A DNA stretch of 64,000 nt from Octopus vulgaris (Eukaryota), in contig OX597817.1 in NCBI GenBank assembly GCA_951406725.2, forward strand, positions 85,126,001-85,190,000, written 5' to 3'. The notes below the pieces were generated by a model. That model saw only the letters and a list, made by a program, of their open reading frames with translations, did no database searches and had not been told where the DNA came from. This document shows positions 1 to 13,830 of this stretch, piece by piece (position 1 is the first letter of the stretch; the number at the start of each line of letters is the position of its first letter). The position numbers and the translations under genes are program-made.

Positions 1-509
1 TATACCATGCTACAATTGGTTTCATATGATACTATCACATTATCAAACATTCCACTACATGATATTAGTAATCCACCTTCATCTGGATAAGGCTATTCAT
101 CCAACTCACAACAAAGGCTTATCTCAAATAGGCACAGATTACCAATATTTTTAAACAGAATTCTTGATAATTGTATTATCATCACATGAAAGGAATGGCA
201 ACCTAGTAGAGTCACAAATAAAGAATGTATTTATCCACCAAACATGGTGTTGATTTCTCATTCTCATTGTTTGCAACTATCACACACACACACAAATATA
301 CATGCCGGTGCGTGTGTATACATAAACATATGTGCATAAGTACACACACTCACACATATATATATATATTGATATTCAGAGACATTCTGCAAAATGGTTG
401 GCATAAGGAAGGGCATCCAGTCATAGAAAACCTGTCTCAACAAATTTCTGTCTAATCCAAACAAGCATAGGAAAGAAAACATTAAATGACAATGTCGATG
501 GTCATACAC

Positions 510-727
510 ACACACATGTATGTATTTGTGTGTCTGTTTGTCCTCCCTCCACACCATTGCTTGACACCGATGTTGGTGTGTTTACGTCCCCATAACCTAA
601 CAGTTTGGGAAGAGAGACCAATAGAATAAGTACTAGGCTTACAAAGAATAAGTCATGGGGTTGATTTGTTCAACTAAAGGCAGTGCTCCAGCATGGCCGC
701 AGTCAAATGACTGAAACAAGTAAAAGA
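510..727 (+). mobile_element. tRNA-derived SINE family A, 3' half
   Basis: Ends in ggcagtgctccagcatggccgcagtcaaatgactgaaacaagtaaaaga; reverse complement of the copy at 786-1170. Confidence 0.8.
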
Positions 728-785
728 AAAAATATATATTATATAATATGTGTATATATGCCTGTATGATTACATATATTTATAT

Positions 786-1170
786 TCTTTTATTCTTTTA
801 GTTGTTTCAGTCATTTGACTGCGGCCATGCTGGAGTATCGCTTTCAGTCGAACAAAGTGACCCCAGAACTTATTCTTAGTAAGCCTAGTACTTATTCTAC
901 TGGTCTCTTTTGCCGAACCATTAAGTTACGGGGACGTAAACACACCAACATCAGTTGCTAAACGATGGTGGGGTGCAAACACAGACACACAAATATATAC
1001 ATACATATATGTATATACGACACACACACACACACACATACGACGGGCTTCTTTCAGTTTCCGTCTACCAAATCCACTCAAAGGCTGTGGTCGGCCCGAG
1101 GCTAAGGGCCACTGAACTCGGAACCATGTGGTTGGGAAGCAAGCTTCTTACCACACAGCCACGCCTGCGT
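786..1170 (-). mobile_element. tRNA-derived SINE family A, near full length
   Basis: Minus strand begins gcaggcgtggctgtgtggtaagaagcttgc (A-box-like) ... ggttccgagttcagt (B-box-like), then an internal (CA)n linker and the conserved 3' tail. Many further pieces occur, e.g. near 3006, 5370, 34350, 36505, 36768, 45375, 47330, 49115, 53590 and 60328. Confidence 0.85.
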
Positions 1171-2465
1171 TTATATTTATGTGTGTATTTGTGAATTGGT
1201 GTGTGTCTGTGTGCTCACAATCTTTTTATATCAGGTACATGAAAAAATTTTGCTTTTTTTCTGTTCATGTAAACTCTTCAAAATATTTACAAATACGTTT
1301 CATTTAAATTCTGATTCCATTTAGTTTATTTCTCCTTTTCCCAGCATGTTTTATATTTTGTATTAATAATATGTCATTTATACGTATATCGTATTATCTT
1401 TTATTCGCTTACCTTTTATCTTTACTCCCTATGGAACAACATAAAAATACAACACGGCTATTATTTCATTCAGTTGTGTGTGGGAAGTTGTGCGTCTTAT
1501 TGTATTAACAATGCGATAGCAGGCCTCAATGTGGGCCACTTCACTTTCCATAAAAATAAGCTAAGTCCCCGCCAAATGATACTCTCTTGTATCAAAATAT
1601 TGAAGACACATTGAACTGTTCTCCTAGATAGATTATGTGTGAAAAATCGTGGTCGTCACGGCTGGGATGTTTCTGATTATGGGTCTGCTCGGACAGTGCT
1701 GTTATTGAGCTAAACAATCAGTAACGACTAGCTAACGAAAGAACCCCTGTATGGTTGTTTGTATATGTTAGAAACAGCAGCTAAAAATGTTTAAATCACA
1801 CCCTACAATCATAGGGTAAGTAAAAAATGCATTACATATTCCTATATAACGGTAAAGACAGAATGGCCACGGCTGGAATGCATCTCTTCATGGATCTGCC
1901 GAATGAGGGTTGACCTTAAACTAAGGTGTACCAACTAAGCGCCTAAATTAGAAGTGGAGGACCGACTAGCTACAGCCACCTTTCAGTTAAACACCACCCA
2001 ACCTGTAACCTAATGATTGTGTTAAAATGTCACTAATTTCTGGTATGTGTGGTATTACTTTAAAAGCTTGTTCACTGCTCATTTGTTATTTTGGCTTAGG
2101 TGAATTGGGTAGTGTGTAGGAGCAACAGTAATACGAAGGTGTATTGTGACAGATCGCTGCTCTTAATCGATTCATTCATCTATATGTTTGTTGTTCAGTG
2201 CTGAATAATCTTGTAGGAACATCGGTATGTGATTTCATTTTTATAACTGTTATTTTATTTTGTGTGTATAGTTTTCAGTTTGTATAAGTTCTCGTAAAGA
2301 TTAACTTTGTATAAAAGAGGTAACTTTGTCTAAGTTCAAAAGGAAAAAAATATTTCTGCAATTAACAATTTTATCAGTCAAAATGATTCTTTAAAACTGG
2401 TTCAACATTGGAAGTGCGTGCACTTGCCTATTTCGCAGCACACAAACATACTCCTATACTCGCTG

Positions 2466-2509
<44 letters not shown>

Positions 2510-2565
2510 GAATACTGGAGGTAGAGTAATATGCTTTATTAATAAAGCTGTAAAGACATCACAAT

Positions 2566-2607
2566 AACTGTTACTCGGCGTTTAATGTTCCCGTTCGTCG
2601 GACAGTT
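2566..2607 (-). ncRNA. Degenerate type I hammerhead ribozyme-like motif (Penelope pLTR remnant)
   Basis: Minus strand reads aactgt CCGACGA acgggaacat TAAA cgccgag TA acagtt. Stem I pairs, but the core deviates from CUGANGA/GAAA. Homologous to 7652-7693. Confidence 0.5.
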
Positions 2608-2619
2608 TGGGTTAAGAAT

Positions 2620-2640
2620 ATCTATCTATCTATCTATCTG

Positions 2641-2715
<75 letters not shown>
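2620..2715. repeat. (ATCT)n microsatellite
   Basis: Directly visible tandem ATCT. Confidence 0.95.
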
Positions 2716-2716
<1 letters not shown>

Positions 2717-2896
2717 GTCAAATCAAAGAACTGAACATTAAAAATAACAATAACATAGACACGTGCATACATAAATATATAAACACACACACACATATAT
2801 ATATAGGGGGAGAGTTCACGAAAAAACAAAAGACCAAGATAGGTGGTGTAGAAAACATACAGATGTAATAGTATAACGCTCAGGAATTGAAGAAGT

Positions 2897-2932
2897 CTTT
2901 TACGTTTCGAGCCTACGCTCTTCTACAGAAAG
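2897..2932 (-). ncRNA. Minimal hammerhead-like motif with variant core, in a short probable PLE-derived repeat (about 2806-2990)
   Basis: Minus strand reads cttt CTGTAGA a gagc gtag gctc GAAA cg TA aaag: stem I cttt/aaag, stem II gagc/gctc, minimal stem III. Confidence 0.5.
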
Positions 2933-3253
2933 GGACACAGAAAAAACACAAGGAGAGAAAATAAATTGTGTGTAGTGGCTACCGATCTATATATATACAC
3001 ACATATCTTTTACTTGCTTCGGTCATTAGACTGCAGCCATGCTGGGGTACACTCTTGAAGAATTTTAGTCAAATGAATAATTGACTCAAGTACTTTGCTT
3101 TTTTTTTAAACCTGGTACTTATTCTATCGACCTCTTGTGCTGAACTACTAAATTATTAGGACATAAACACAACAACACTGGTTGACAAGTGGTGGCAAGG
3201 ACAAACTATGATTTATATTTAGACCTATTATTTTAAGAATATTATTATTCATA

Positions 3254-5270
3254 ACCTTGGTAGATAAAGCAATTAAGAGTATGAAGACAGGGAAAGCCCC
3301 CGGCCCATCAGGAATCACTGCAGAGATGCTCAAAATATCTGGCAGTGTCGGCTATAGCCTAGTCACCCGTATAGTTAACCAGGTGATACACGAAGGAGTC
3401 ACACCCAATCACTGGTGTAGCAGCACTATAGTTAACTGCTACAAAGGAAAAGGTGACGCTTTAGATACAAATAATTACAGGGGTATCAAGCCGTTAGATC
3501 AGGTAATGAAAGTCATGGAGAGGGTCATAGCCCAACTAATTAGGGAGAGAGTCAGTTTAGATGAGATGCAGTTTGGGTTTGTGCCAGGGAAAAACACCAT
3601 TGATGCCATATTTCTGGTAAGACAGCTGCGGGAGAAATACCTAGCCAAAGATAAACCTTAGTACCTGGCTTTTGTTGACATAGAGAAAGCCTTTGACAGG
3701 GTCCCCAATCCCTTATCTGGTGATCAATGAGGAAACTAGGGATAGATGAATCGTTAGTGAGAGCTGTGCAAGCCATGTACAGGAACACTGTCAGTAAAGT
3801 GAGGGTTGGCAACGAGTACAGTGAAGAATTTCGGGTAGAGGTAGGGATCCATCAAGGTTCAGTCCTTAGCCCCTTCCTATTTATCATAGTCCTTCAGGCA
3901 ATAACAGAGGAATTCAAGACATGATGCCCCTGGGAGCTCCTCTATGCTGACAACCTTGCTCTAATTGCTGAGTCACTATCAGAACTAGAGGAGAAGTTTC
4001 AAGTGTGGAAACAAGGATTAGAATCGAAGGGCCTTAGAGTCAACTTAGCTAAAACCAAAGTCCTAATAAGTAAGAAGGCAGGCAAACCACAAATCCCTTC
4101 AGGTAGATGGCCCTGCTTGATCTGTAGAAAAGGCATAGGTAGAAACTCTATAAGATGTACCCAGTGTAAGCTATGGACACATAAGAGGTGCAGCAATGTC
4201 AAAGGAAGGCTAACTGGGGAGATAGTTTTTGCATGTGGCAAATGCTCAGGAGCAATAAACACTGAAAATGTGCAGAGAACAACTTCCGCTACATTACAGG
4301 GAGAAAAACTAGAAGTAGTTGATAGCTTCTGTTACCTAGGTGACCAAGTCAGTAGTGGGGGAGGGTGCACTGAAAGTGTAGCTGCTAGAATAAGAATAGC
4401 TTGGGCAAAGTTCAGAGAGCTCTTACCTCTGCCGGTGACAAAGGGCCTCTCGTTCAGAGTAAAAGGTAGACTGTATGACGCATGTGTACGAACAGCCATG
4501 CTACATGGCAATGAAGCCAGTATGATCTAATGGGTGTCAGTGTGCATACTTGACAGAGTGTAAGTACCTTGAGAGAAAAGTTAGACCTAAGAAGCATCCG
4601 ATGTTGTTTGCAAAAGAGACGACTGTGCTGGTTTGGTCATGTGGCGAAAATGGATGAGGATAGCTGTGTGAAAAAGTGCCACTCCCTAGCAGTTGAGGGA
4701 ACCTGTGGAAGAGGTAGACCCAGGAAGACCTGGGATGAAGTGGTGAAGCACAATCTTCAAACATTAGGCCTCACTGAAGCAATGACTAGTGACCGAAATT
4801 TTTGGAAATATGCTGTGCTTGAGAGGACCCGGCAAGCCATATGAGACCATAACCTCATGGCCTATGCCAGGGGTGTAACCAACCCACTTATGCATACCTT
4901 TCCTTCATTGGACTCTAAACTCTGCTTGCAAAGACCTGTTGAGGCAAGTGAAATCAAAATCAAATTCAATGACTGGCAAGGTTGTTGCCAGTGCTGCTGG
5001 ACTGGCTCCTGTGCAGGTGGCATGTAAAAAAACACCATTTGAGCATGGCCGTTGCCAGTACTGCCTGACTGGCCCTCATGACGGTGACATGTAAAAGCAC
5101 CTACTACACTCTCCGAGTGGTTGGCGTTAGGAAGGGCATCCAGCTGTAGAAACTCTGCCAAATCAAGATTGGAGCCTGGTGCAGCCAACTGGTTTGCCAG
5201 TCCTCAGTCAAATCGTCCAACCCATGCTAGCATGGAAAGTGGACGTTAAACGATGATGATGATGATGATG
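3254..5270 (+). mobile_element. RTE-clade LINE, 5'-truncated, pseudogenised RT
   Basis: ORF pieces 3257-3661, 3727-3924, 4003-4530 and 4569-4844 match the RTE ORF at 14078-15994 (KAPGPSGI, NYRGIK, QFGFVPG, HQGSVLSP, YLG). There are frameshifts and stops; the 3' UTR ends in (GAT)n. Confidence 0.92.
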
Positions 5271-5944
5271 TCAAAACAAGGAGTCATAATCATACATACA
5301 CTCACACGTCACATATGTACACACACATGCATACGCGTAAGCAAGCACAAACACACACACACTAATAAATTGCTCACCAAATCCGCTCACAAAGCTTCAG
5401 TTGACCCAGGGTTATAGTAGAAGACACTTGCCCCAGGTGCTCTGCACTTGGAAAGCAAACTTCATAGCTACACAACTTCATCTGTGCATTTAAGGAAAAT
5501 ATTTAAAGTTTAAGAAGAAAACTTTTCATTTTTTTCATTCAAGTTCTGTTAATTAACACTGTGTTGCAATCTGTTTTTTTTGGATTATGTGACCTTTCCA
5601 GGTCAATGTTATTGTCTCAGTTTATTCAACAGATTTTGTTAAATTTCACTTTGTTTTGTGTTTACATATCTGAATGTTTCTAATATCACTACTACATTGC
5701 TGTTTGTATGTTTTAATACACCTTAAAATGTCCCAGTTTATTGCTCCACCCAACATACTTTGTTGCCAAGTGAAAGCAAGACTTTACACAGCTAATTCTT
5801 TGTGATTTATATACACCTGCAAACATCTATTTGTGATATGCAGTGTTTGTATTGCATGTACACAATTTTACACATGATTGGTTTAGTATTAGTTGGTCTT
5901 TGTTAGAAAACAGACTGTTTACTTCAGACATATATTTTTTGTTA

Positions 5945-5946
5945 CA

Positions 5947-5977
<31 letters not shown>

Positions 5978-6021
5978 ATATGTATATGTGTGTATGTATT
6001 GTATGTACGTGTTTTTAGATA

Positions 6022-6078
<57 letters not shown>

Positions 6079-6117
6079 ATGTATATATATATATATATAT
6101 ATATATTTATGTATGTG

Positions 6118-6158
<41 letters not shown>

Positions 6159-6191
6159 GTATGTGTATATATATATATATATATATTTATG

Positions 6192-6228
<37 letters not shown>

Positions 6229-6229
6229 G

Positions 6230-6291
<62 letters not shown>

Positions 6292-6309
6292 TATATCTAC
6301 ATATATATA
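5945..6309. repeat. (TAAA)n plus compound (TA)n microsatellite with a higher-order ttatgtatgtg unit
   Basis: Visible tandem structure. Confidence 0.95.
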
Positions 6310-7580
6310 TTGGGTCATTCCAAATATAATGCATTTTTTTTTATACTTCTTTTATTTTTCAAAATTAAGATAAAGTTCTTTTTTAATCTAAAATATACTC
6401 TCCTTCATTTTTTACAATGCTCTTCCATCTTGCAAGGCTCCTCTTCCAAAATTCACTTGTCTGTGATGAAAAATACTCCTCCAGTACTGTTCTGACCTCA
6501 TCTACAGAATTCATATTTTTTCTGTCCAAATGATTTTGAAGACTGCAGAATAAATGATAATCAGATGGGGCAATGTCCAGTGAATATGGTGAGTGGGGCA
6601 CCATTTCCTATTAAAACTGCTCCAGCCTTTGGAACGTCATCCTCGCTGTATGTGGCTGAGCGTTATCCTGATGAAAGTAAACCTTCCATCTTGAAACCAA
6701 AGATGGTTGTTTTTCTTCAAGTGCTGACTTAAGCCGCTCAAGTTGCTCACAGTAGATCTCCTTTGTTATCATTTGGTTTGAGTTTAAAAGTTCATAGTGG
6801 ACTAAACTTTTCATATCCTACCAAAACAGATCATAACACCTTACATGGGTGAAGACCTTTTTTAGCCTGGGGTGCCAATGTTTTTCCTTTCTCTACCCAC
6901 TGTCTTTGGCACTTGACATTTTTGTAGAGAACCCATTTCTTGTAACCAGTCACTATTCGGCCCAAAGAAAGTTCATTCATGAGATGTGACAGCAAAGAAG
7001 AGCACACATTCAGTCACTGCGTGGGATTAGACCCAGAAAGTTTGTGAGGAACCCATTGACCCAATTTGTTGACTTTTTCAATGGCACACAGGTGTCGATG
7101 AATGGTTGAATGAACAAATCCAAGCTTCACTGCTAGTTCTGTAACAGTTACAATGGGATTTTGTTCCTCTAAGGTATGCAGGACGTCCTTATTGAGCTCT
7201 ACAGATCTTTCAGGATGAGGCTCGTCTTCTAGGCTGTAGTTTCCAGCTTGGAATTTCTGAATCCACCATTGATACTAGCTTACGCTTATTGTCCAATACC
7301 CATATACTGCATTAATATTTTTTGTACTTTCTGTTGTATTGTTTCCTTTATAGAAATTATAAAGCAAAATATGCCAAATATGCTCCTTTGTCACTTCTAT
7401 TATATCTTTGAAAAAATAGCTGTTAAAATCAAACCACACTCTTCAAAACTTGCACTAAGCATTAATACAAGGTAAAATTACTACCTGCTTTTATAGCAAG
7501 TTGATGCATGTAATTTATCCCATTCCCCCTCTGACCTTTAGTTCATGCAGTTGATAAAACTGCATTATTTACGGGATGGC

Positions 7581-7584
<4 letters not shown>
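6310..7584 (-). mobile_element. mariner (DD34D) DNA transposon, degenerate full-length copy
   Basis: Imperfect TIRs ttgggtcattccaaatataatgca / tgcattatttacgggatggcccga flanked by TA. Minus-strand transposase fragments include HQDNAQPH, PYSLDIAPSDYHLF and EGEYILD. Confidence 0.9.
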
Positions 7585-7611
<27 letters not shown>

Positions 7612-7651
7612 TTAATTATTAAAGCTGAAACATCACAAAAATATCACAAAA

Positions 7652-7693
7652 AACTGCTACTCAGTGTTTCATGTTCCTGTTCATTGGGCAGTT
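7652..7693 (-). ncRNA. Degenerate type I hammerhead-like motif, inverted at the 5' end of the Penelope-like element
   Basis: Minus strand reads aactgc CCAATGA acaggaacat GAAA cactgag TA gcagtt. Stem I shows a compensatory change relative to the 2566-2607 copy. Confidence 0.5.
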
Positions 7694-7699
7694 ATGATC

Positions 7700-10823
<3,124 letters not shown>

Positions 10824-13500
10824 CTCTTTTACTTGTTTCAGCCATCCGGCTGAGGCCATGCTGGGGCACCGCCCTTGTTGCTACCCTCTCTAAGTCCAGT
10901 TTGCCATGGCTGGCCACTGATCTAAGAGAGAGTTTGTAGCTGCTGCCCTTAGGTTACCTTCGTACCTTGCAGTGGGTTCATCTGGGATCCCGGAAAGCAG
11001 CTTGTCTAGATGTTTTTTTGAAAATGTCCACATCCGCATCATGTAGATCTCTTAGTTTTCTTGGCAGTTTGTTGAAAAGCTGAGGGCCCCTGAACCCCAG
11101 GCTATTACAGTATCTGCTCCTTACCCTGGATGTGGAAGACGGGACCTTTGGCACCACACAGTGACGTCCTGTACGGGGATTGGAACAGCTCTCAATTCCA
11201 AAATTTGGTGCTAGTCCCTCCAGGATTTTCCATATGTATATCACTGCATATCTCTCTCGTCTTCGTTCCAAGGAGTACAAATTGAGTTCCCTAAGCCTCT
11301 CCCAATAGTTCTTTTCTTTCATGGTGGAAATCCTCTTGGTGAAATGTCTTTGGATTGTCTCAAGCTCTGTGGTTAGTTTGACACTATGCGGTGACCACAG
11401 TTGGGAGCAGTAGTCCAGGCGGCTTAGGACAAATGTCCTCCATAGTGTCAACATGGTCTCGCAGTCTCTTGTCCGGAATGTCCTCAGGATCCAGCCAGTG
11501 AGTCGTCTGCACATTGTCGCCACCTTCGCGATGTGTGAAGAAAAAGATGCATCGTCACTCATGTCTATCCCCAGGTCCCGTATTGATTTCGATACTGGGA
11601 TTTCGATCCCTCCTGGACCAGTATAGTTGTGTTGTAATGTATATGTGTTTACAGCTTGATATTGTAAGGCTTGAAATTTGCCAGCATTAAATTGCATGTT
11701 GTTGTCTTCAGCCAATTTGTATATGGCATCCAGATCTTGTTGTAAAAGGTCAGCATCAGCTGGGTTTTTGATTGCCTGTGCTACCTTTGTGTCATCAGCA
11801 TAGCTAGTGAGGGATGTTGTTTGTGCTACCAAGGGCATGTCAGAGAGCGCCACCAAAAACAGCAAGGGTCCCAAGACTGTGCCCTGTGGCACCCCGCTTG
11901 CTATTGGTGTCTTTCCCGAGAGGGCTCCATTGGCTGCAACCATCTGGCTTCTGTCCTTCAGGAAGTCATGTATCCACTCACCTACTTTTCCTGTTATGCC
12001 GAGTCTGAGTAATTTGTGACATATCACTCCGTGGTCGACTTTGTCAAAGGCCTTCGCAAAGTCGAGATATACCACATCCACCTGTGAGCGATCCAGTAGT
12101 TGTTTCAGTACCCAGTCGTAGTGTTGTAACAGCTGCGTAAGGCAGCTTCTTCCTGGGCGAAAGCCATGCTGTGTGTCAGTGAGACGGTTAGTTTCTTTGA
12201 GGAACGTGATCAGTTTTTTTCTGATGATTCGTTCCATGACCTTACTTATGTGTGACGTCAGGGAGACTGGCCTGTAGTTTTTGGCCTCTGCTCTACTCCC
12301 TCCTTTGTGGATAGGGCATATGGTGCCTTCTTTTAGTGCCCTGGGCAGTTTACCGTTAGCCAAGGAACCACTGAAGAGCTTCTTCAGTGGTCCCGCTAGG
12401 GCATGCCTGCATGTTTTTAGGAGGACTGCTGGGAATCCATCTGGTCCAGCAGCTGAGTTTATTCTCATTTCTTCTATGGCAGATATTACATCCCTCTCTG
12501 TTATGTCTATGTGGTCGATGGTTGTTGTTTGGTTTTGGAGTGTTGTGGCATCAAAGAAAACTTCTGGGTTTGTGATTTGCATGTGCCCCAGAGGGGATGT
12601 GAACACACTTTTATACTGTTCCTTTAGTATTTCACTTATCCCTTGGGGGTCCTCAGTTAGAGAGCCCTTTTTATCAAAGAGTGGGCCAATCTTGCAGTGT
12701 ACCGAGGTGGTTTCTTTCGCAAATTTAAAGAAGGCTTTAGGGTTTGTTTTAATATTCTCTATGGCCCTGGCTTCTCTCTCTGCCCTCTCCTTCTCATAGG
12801 AAAGTTTGAGTGCAGTTTCCGTTTCAAAAAGTTTCAGGTGGAGTCCCTCATTGTTTCTCTGCCGTGCATTCAGTTGCTTCGAGAGCTTAGCTCTTCGCCT
12901 CATAAGTATTTTCCTGTCTCTGGGAATAACGTTCCTATGCCCGCTGGCTTTTTTCTCCGGGACAAACTTATGGCATATGTTCTGCATTGTTGTCATGAAA
13001 TGTTGGAAATGTGTGTTGGTGTCTTGTGTGGTGATGAAGTCACTCCAGTCATGTTTTCGGATCTCTTCGTTGATCTTCTTCCAGTTTGCCTTATGGAAGT
13101 TTAGACTGGATAGGCCTGTGGTATTTTCTAATGGCTGCGTCTCAACTAACTCTCTCATACCATATATCATTACCTCTACTAAGTTGTGATCTGAGAGAAT
13201 TGTTGGTGTTACCATTATGTTGTGGATGAGCATCGGGTTGCTTGTGAAACAGAGGTCCAAGACATTCTCACCTCTTGTTGGCCAAAGCACTGCTTGCTCC
13301 ATGAAAAACTTGCGTGTGAGAGCCAACAAGGACTCTGTCTGTCTCTGTTCAAGTGATGTCATTCCAGGGAGGAGATGGCCATCTGGCCATTTGACTTTCG
13401 GAAGGTTAAAATCTCCCAGCAGTAGAATGGTGTTACCCTGTTCCAGTTTGTCCAGGACTTCTTCTATTCTTCTGAGGCTATCTTCAAACACTCCTTCATG
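10824..13500 (-). mobile_element. CR1-group LINE copy a (partial APE plus RT), 5'-truncated
   Basis: 837-aa ORF at 10978-13491 with GDFN, LDL and SDH (APE), plus [18 protein letters not shown] and RDLG (RT). A C-terminal frameshift falls in an A-run. The 3' tail carries a stem-loop. Confidence 0.92.
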
Positions 13501-13546
13501 ACTATATATGTATATATATGTATATATATGTATATGTATATATATG

Positions 13547-13639
<93 letters not shown>

Positions 13640-13654
13640 GTATATATATATATG

Positions 13655-13709
<55 letters not shown>

Positions 13710-13762
13710 GTGTATATATATATATATATGTATATATATATGTATATATGTATATATATATG

Positions 13763-13793
<31 letters not shown>

Positions 13794-13830
13794 GTGTATA
13801 TATATATATATATGTATATGTATATATATA
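13501..13830. repeat. (TA)n tract with G interruptions
   Basis: Visible. Confidence 0.95.

Noticed and set aside
11807-13501. Multiple + strand ORFs overlapping the LINEs (also 14184-16364, 20928-22475 and 28069-30361)
   Set aside because: They are antisense shadows of LINE ORF2 with no independent motifs.
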